A stretch of 64,000 nt of DNA from Octopus sinensis (Eukaryota). The position numbers and the translations under genes were made by a program. The stretch's first letter is position 1; each line of letters starts with the position of its first letter. The notes beneath the pieces were generated by a model. The model was given only the letters and a program-made list of their open reading frames with translations, was not told the origin of the DNA and did no database searches. Shown one piece after another: positions 62,691-64,000 of this stretch. Location: contig NC_043006.1 of assembly GCF_006345805.1 (NCBI RefSeq), forward strand, positions 82,274,001 through 82,338,000, in the 5' to 3' direction.

Positions 62691-64000
62691 CACCCCACAA
62701 AATAGGGTTTTTTTTTTTCTTTTTCTGTATTTCATGTACAGTATAGTGAAAGGTGTGTGATTCGGATTTGGAGCTCCCTTCCACTCTACTCCCTTTTCTA
62801 TCCCTATTTCTTGATGTCACCACACTTCATTCATTGACAGTGTTAATGTGAATAATGGTGGTTGTTAAGCCACAAGTCAATTCTGATAAATGAAGCAGGC
62901 CAAACTATCAAAGACTTTGTAGCTGTAACCATCCTGGTACACTGTCACTCTCTCTCCACTTCACAAACACATCAACACACACCTCTCTCTCTCACTCACA
63001 TACACACACAACAAACTTCCTATCTCGCACCCCACCATCAACATATACACACGGCCCTGTCCTTTTTCACTTTATGCTGACATCAAACGAAATGTACATT
63101 TCCAGTCACAAAAACAAGAATTCTTTACGGAATTTACCCAACGCTGTAACTTTAACAGCTGATAGATCATTGACAATTCTGCGACTCAAAACGAAAGATC
63201 GCCAGACAATCGGATTTGTGTCTGAAGGGCAACTTTGGCCAACCTTACTAAATTGGCAAAATACTATCTCTATACTGCATCTGTTTATATAAATATCTCA
63301 CAGTCTCTCTTATCAGCTATCACGACAGGGAACCAGTACGGATCGCTCGAACTGCTAGAAATAATTACCTAAACGGATCTTCAAATCACACTACACCATC
63401 TAAGTAAAAGGGGAAAAAAATATTGCTTAATGTGCTTCTTAGTTTCCCTACACGTCAGAAGAAGAAAACCAAACGAGCGGCTCACAGCCGGAACGCCCTT
63501 AATTGTATTTCAACAACGAACTATTGTAGTCAGAGGATGTTGTGTGAGAGGAAAGTTTTTGCTAAACAAGCTTTTTTCTTTCGCATCTTATGTGAATCAG
63601 CACATTTATTTATTTATTTATTGCCTGGCCTCCTTATCATTCTTTCTCTTATTGCTCTATATTCATTTATTTATTTATTTGACACCTGGAAGTTTGTGAT
63701 TTTCATGCTAGTCAAGTCCTCCAGTGCTCAGTGTCAATAACTTCTGCGCTAGACATTTTAGCTCAGTCTCTCTCTCTCGACCCACTTCATAGTTTTAAAA
63801 TGAGAAGAACACGTAGGATATCCTAATCCATAGTGCAGAGTGCTCTAAAAAGTGACGGCCCTACTGAATCATTGCTGGTTAACCTAAGTTAAAACAATAC
63901 TCACTTGTCAATGTTTCCAATTTTTTCACATTATCAGTTGCTATTATGTATATAGTACACGGTCTATTTGGATGTTTATTATTGTGACTTACACTCAGGT

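Noticed and set aside
63423-63740. ORFs as exons of a divergent gene
   Set aside because: No recognisable homology; splice sites weak.

Overview
AT-rich, microsatellite-dense eukaryotic DNA. The SINE families look like those of Octopus, a coleoid cephalopod (inferred, not database-checked). One host gene can be assembled by hand: an 8-coding-exon TruA-family tRNA pseudouridine synthase (PUSL1-like, minus strand, 60150->32327, 328 aa, all introns GT-AG and in phase), with a GC-richer promoter at about 60.5 kb that may be bidirectional. The rest is mostly transposon debris: mariner copies, a broken piggyBac, Tx1/L1, CR1 and RTE LINE fragments, a Penelope-like (PLE) RT/GIY-YIG relic, hAT/piggyBac/Tc2 MITEs and dozens of tRNA-derived SINEs. 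The notable signal is a set of unrelated non-coding elements inserted in (TA)n tracts that carry type I hammerhead ribozyme (HHR) folds with palindromic stem III. These are a solo canonical HHR at 692-775, a 357-bp tandem/inverted repeat (8259-9258), a 535-bp tandem x3 plus inverted repeat (11749-13572), a dispersed ~200-bp family with a variant core, and decayed relics. Several share a CCCTT/AT-rich 3' end. This fits a retrozyme/PLE-type system of self-cleaving, possibly circular RNAs. All ribozyme calls are manual folds, and activity is untested.
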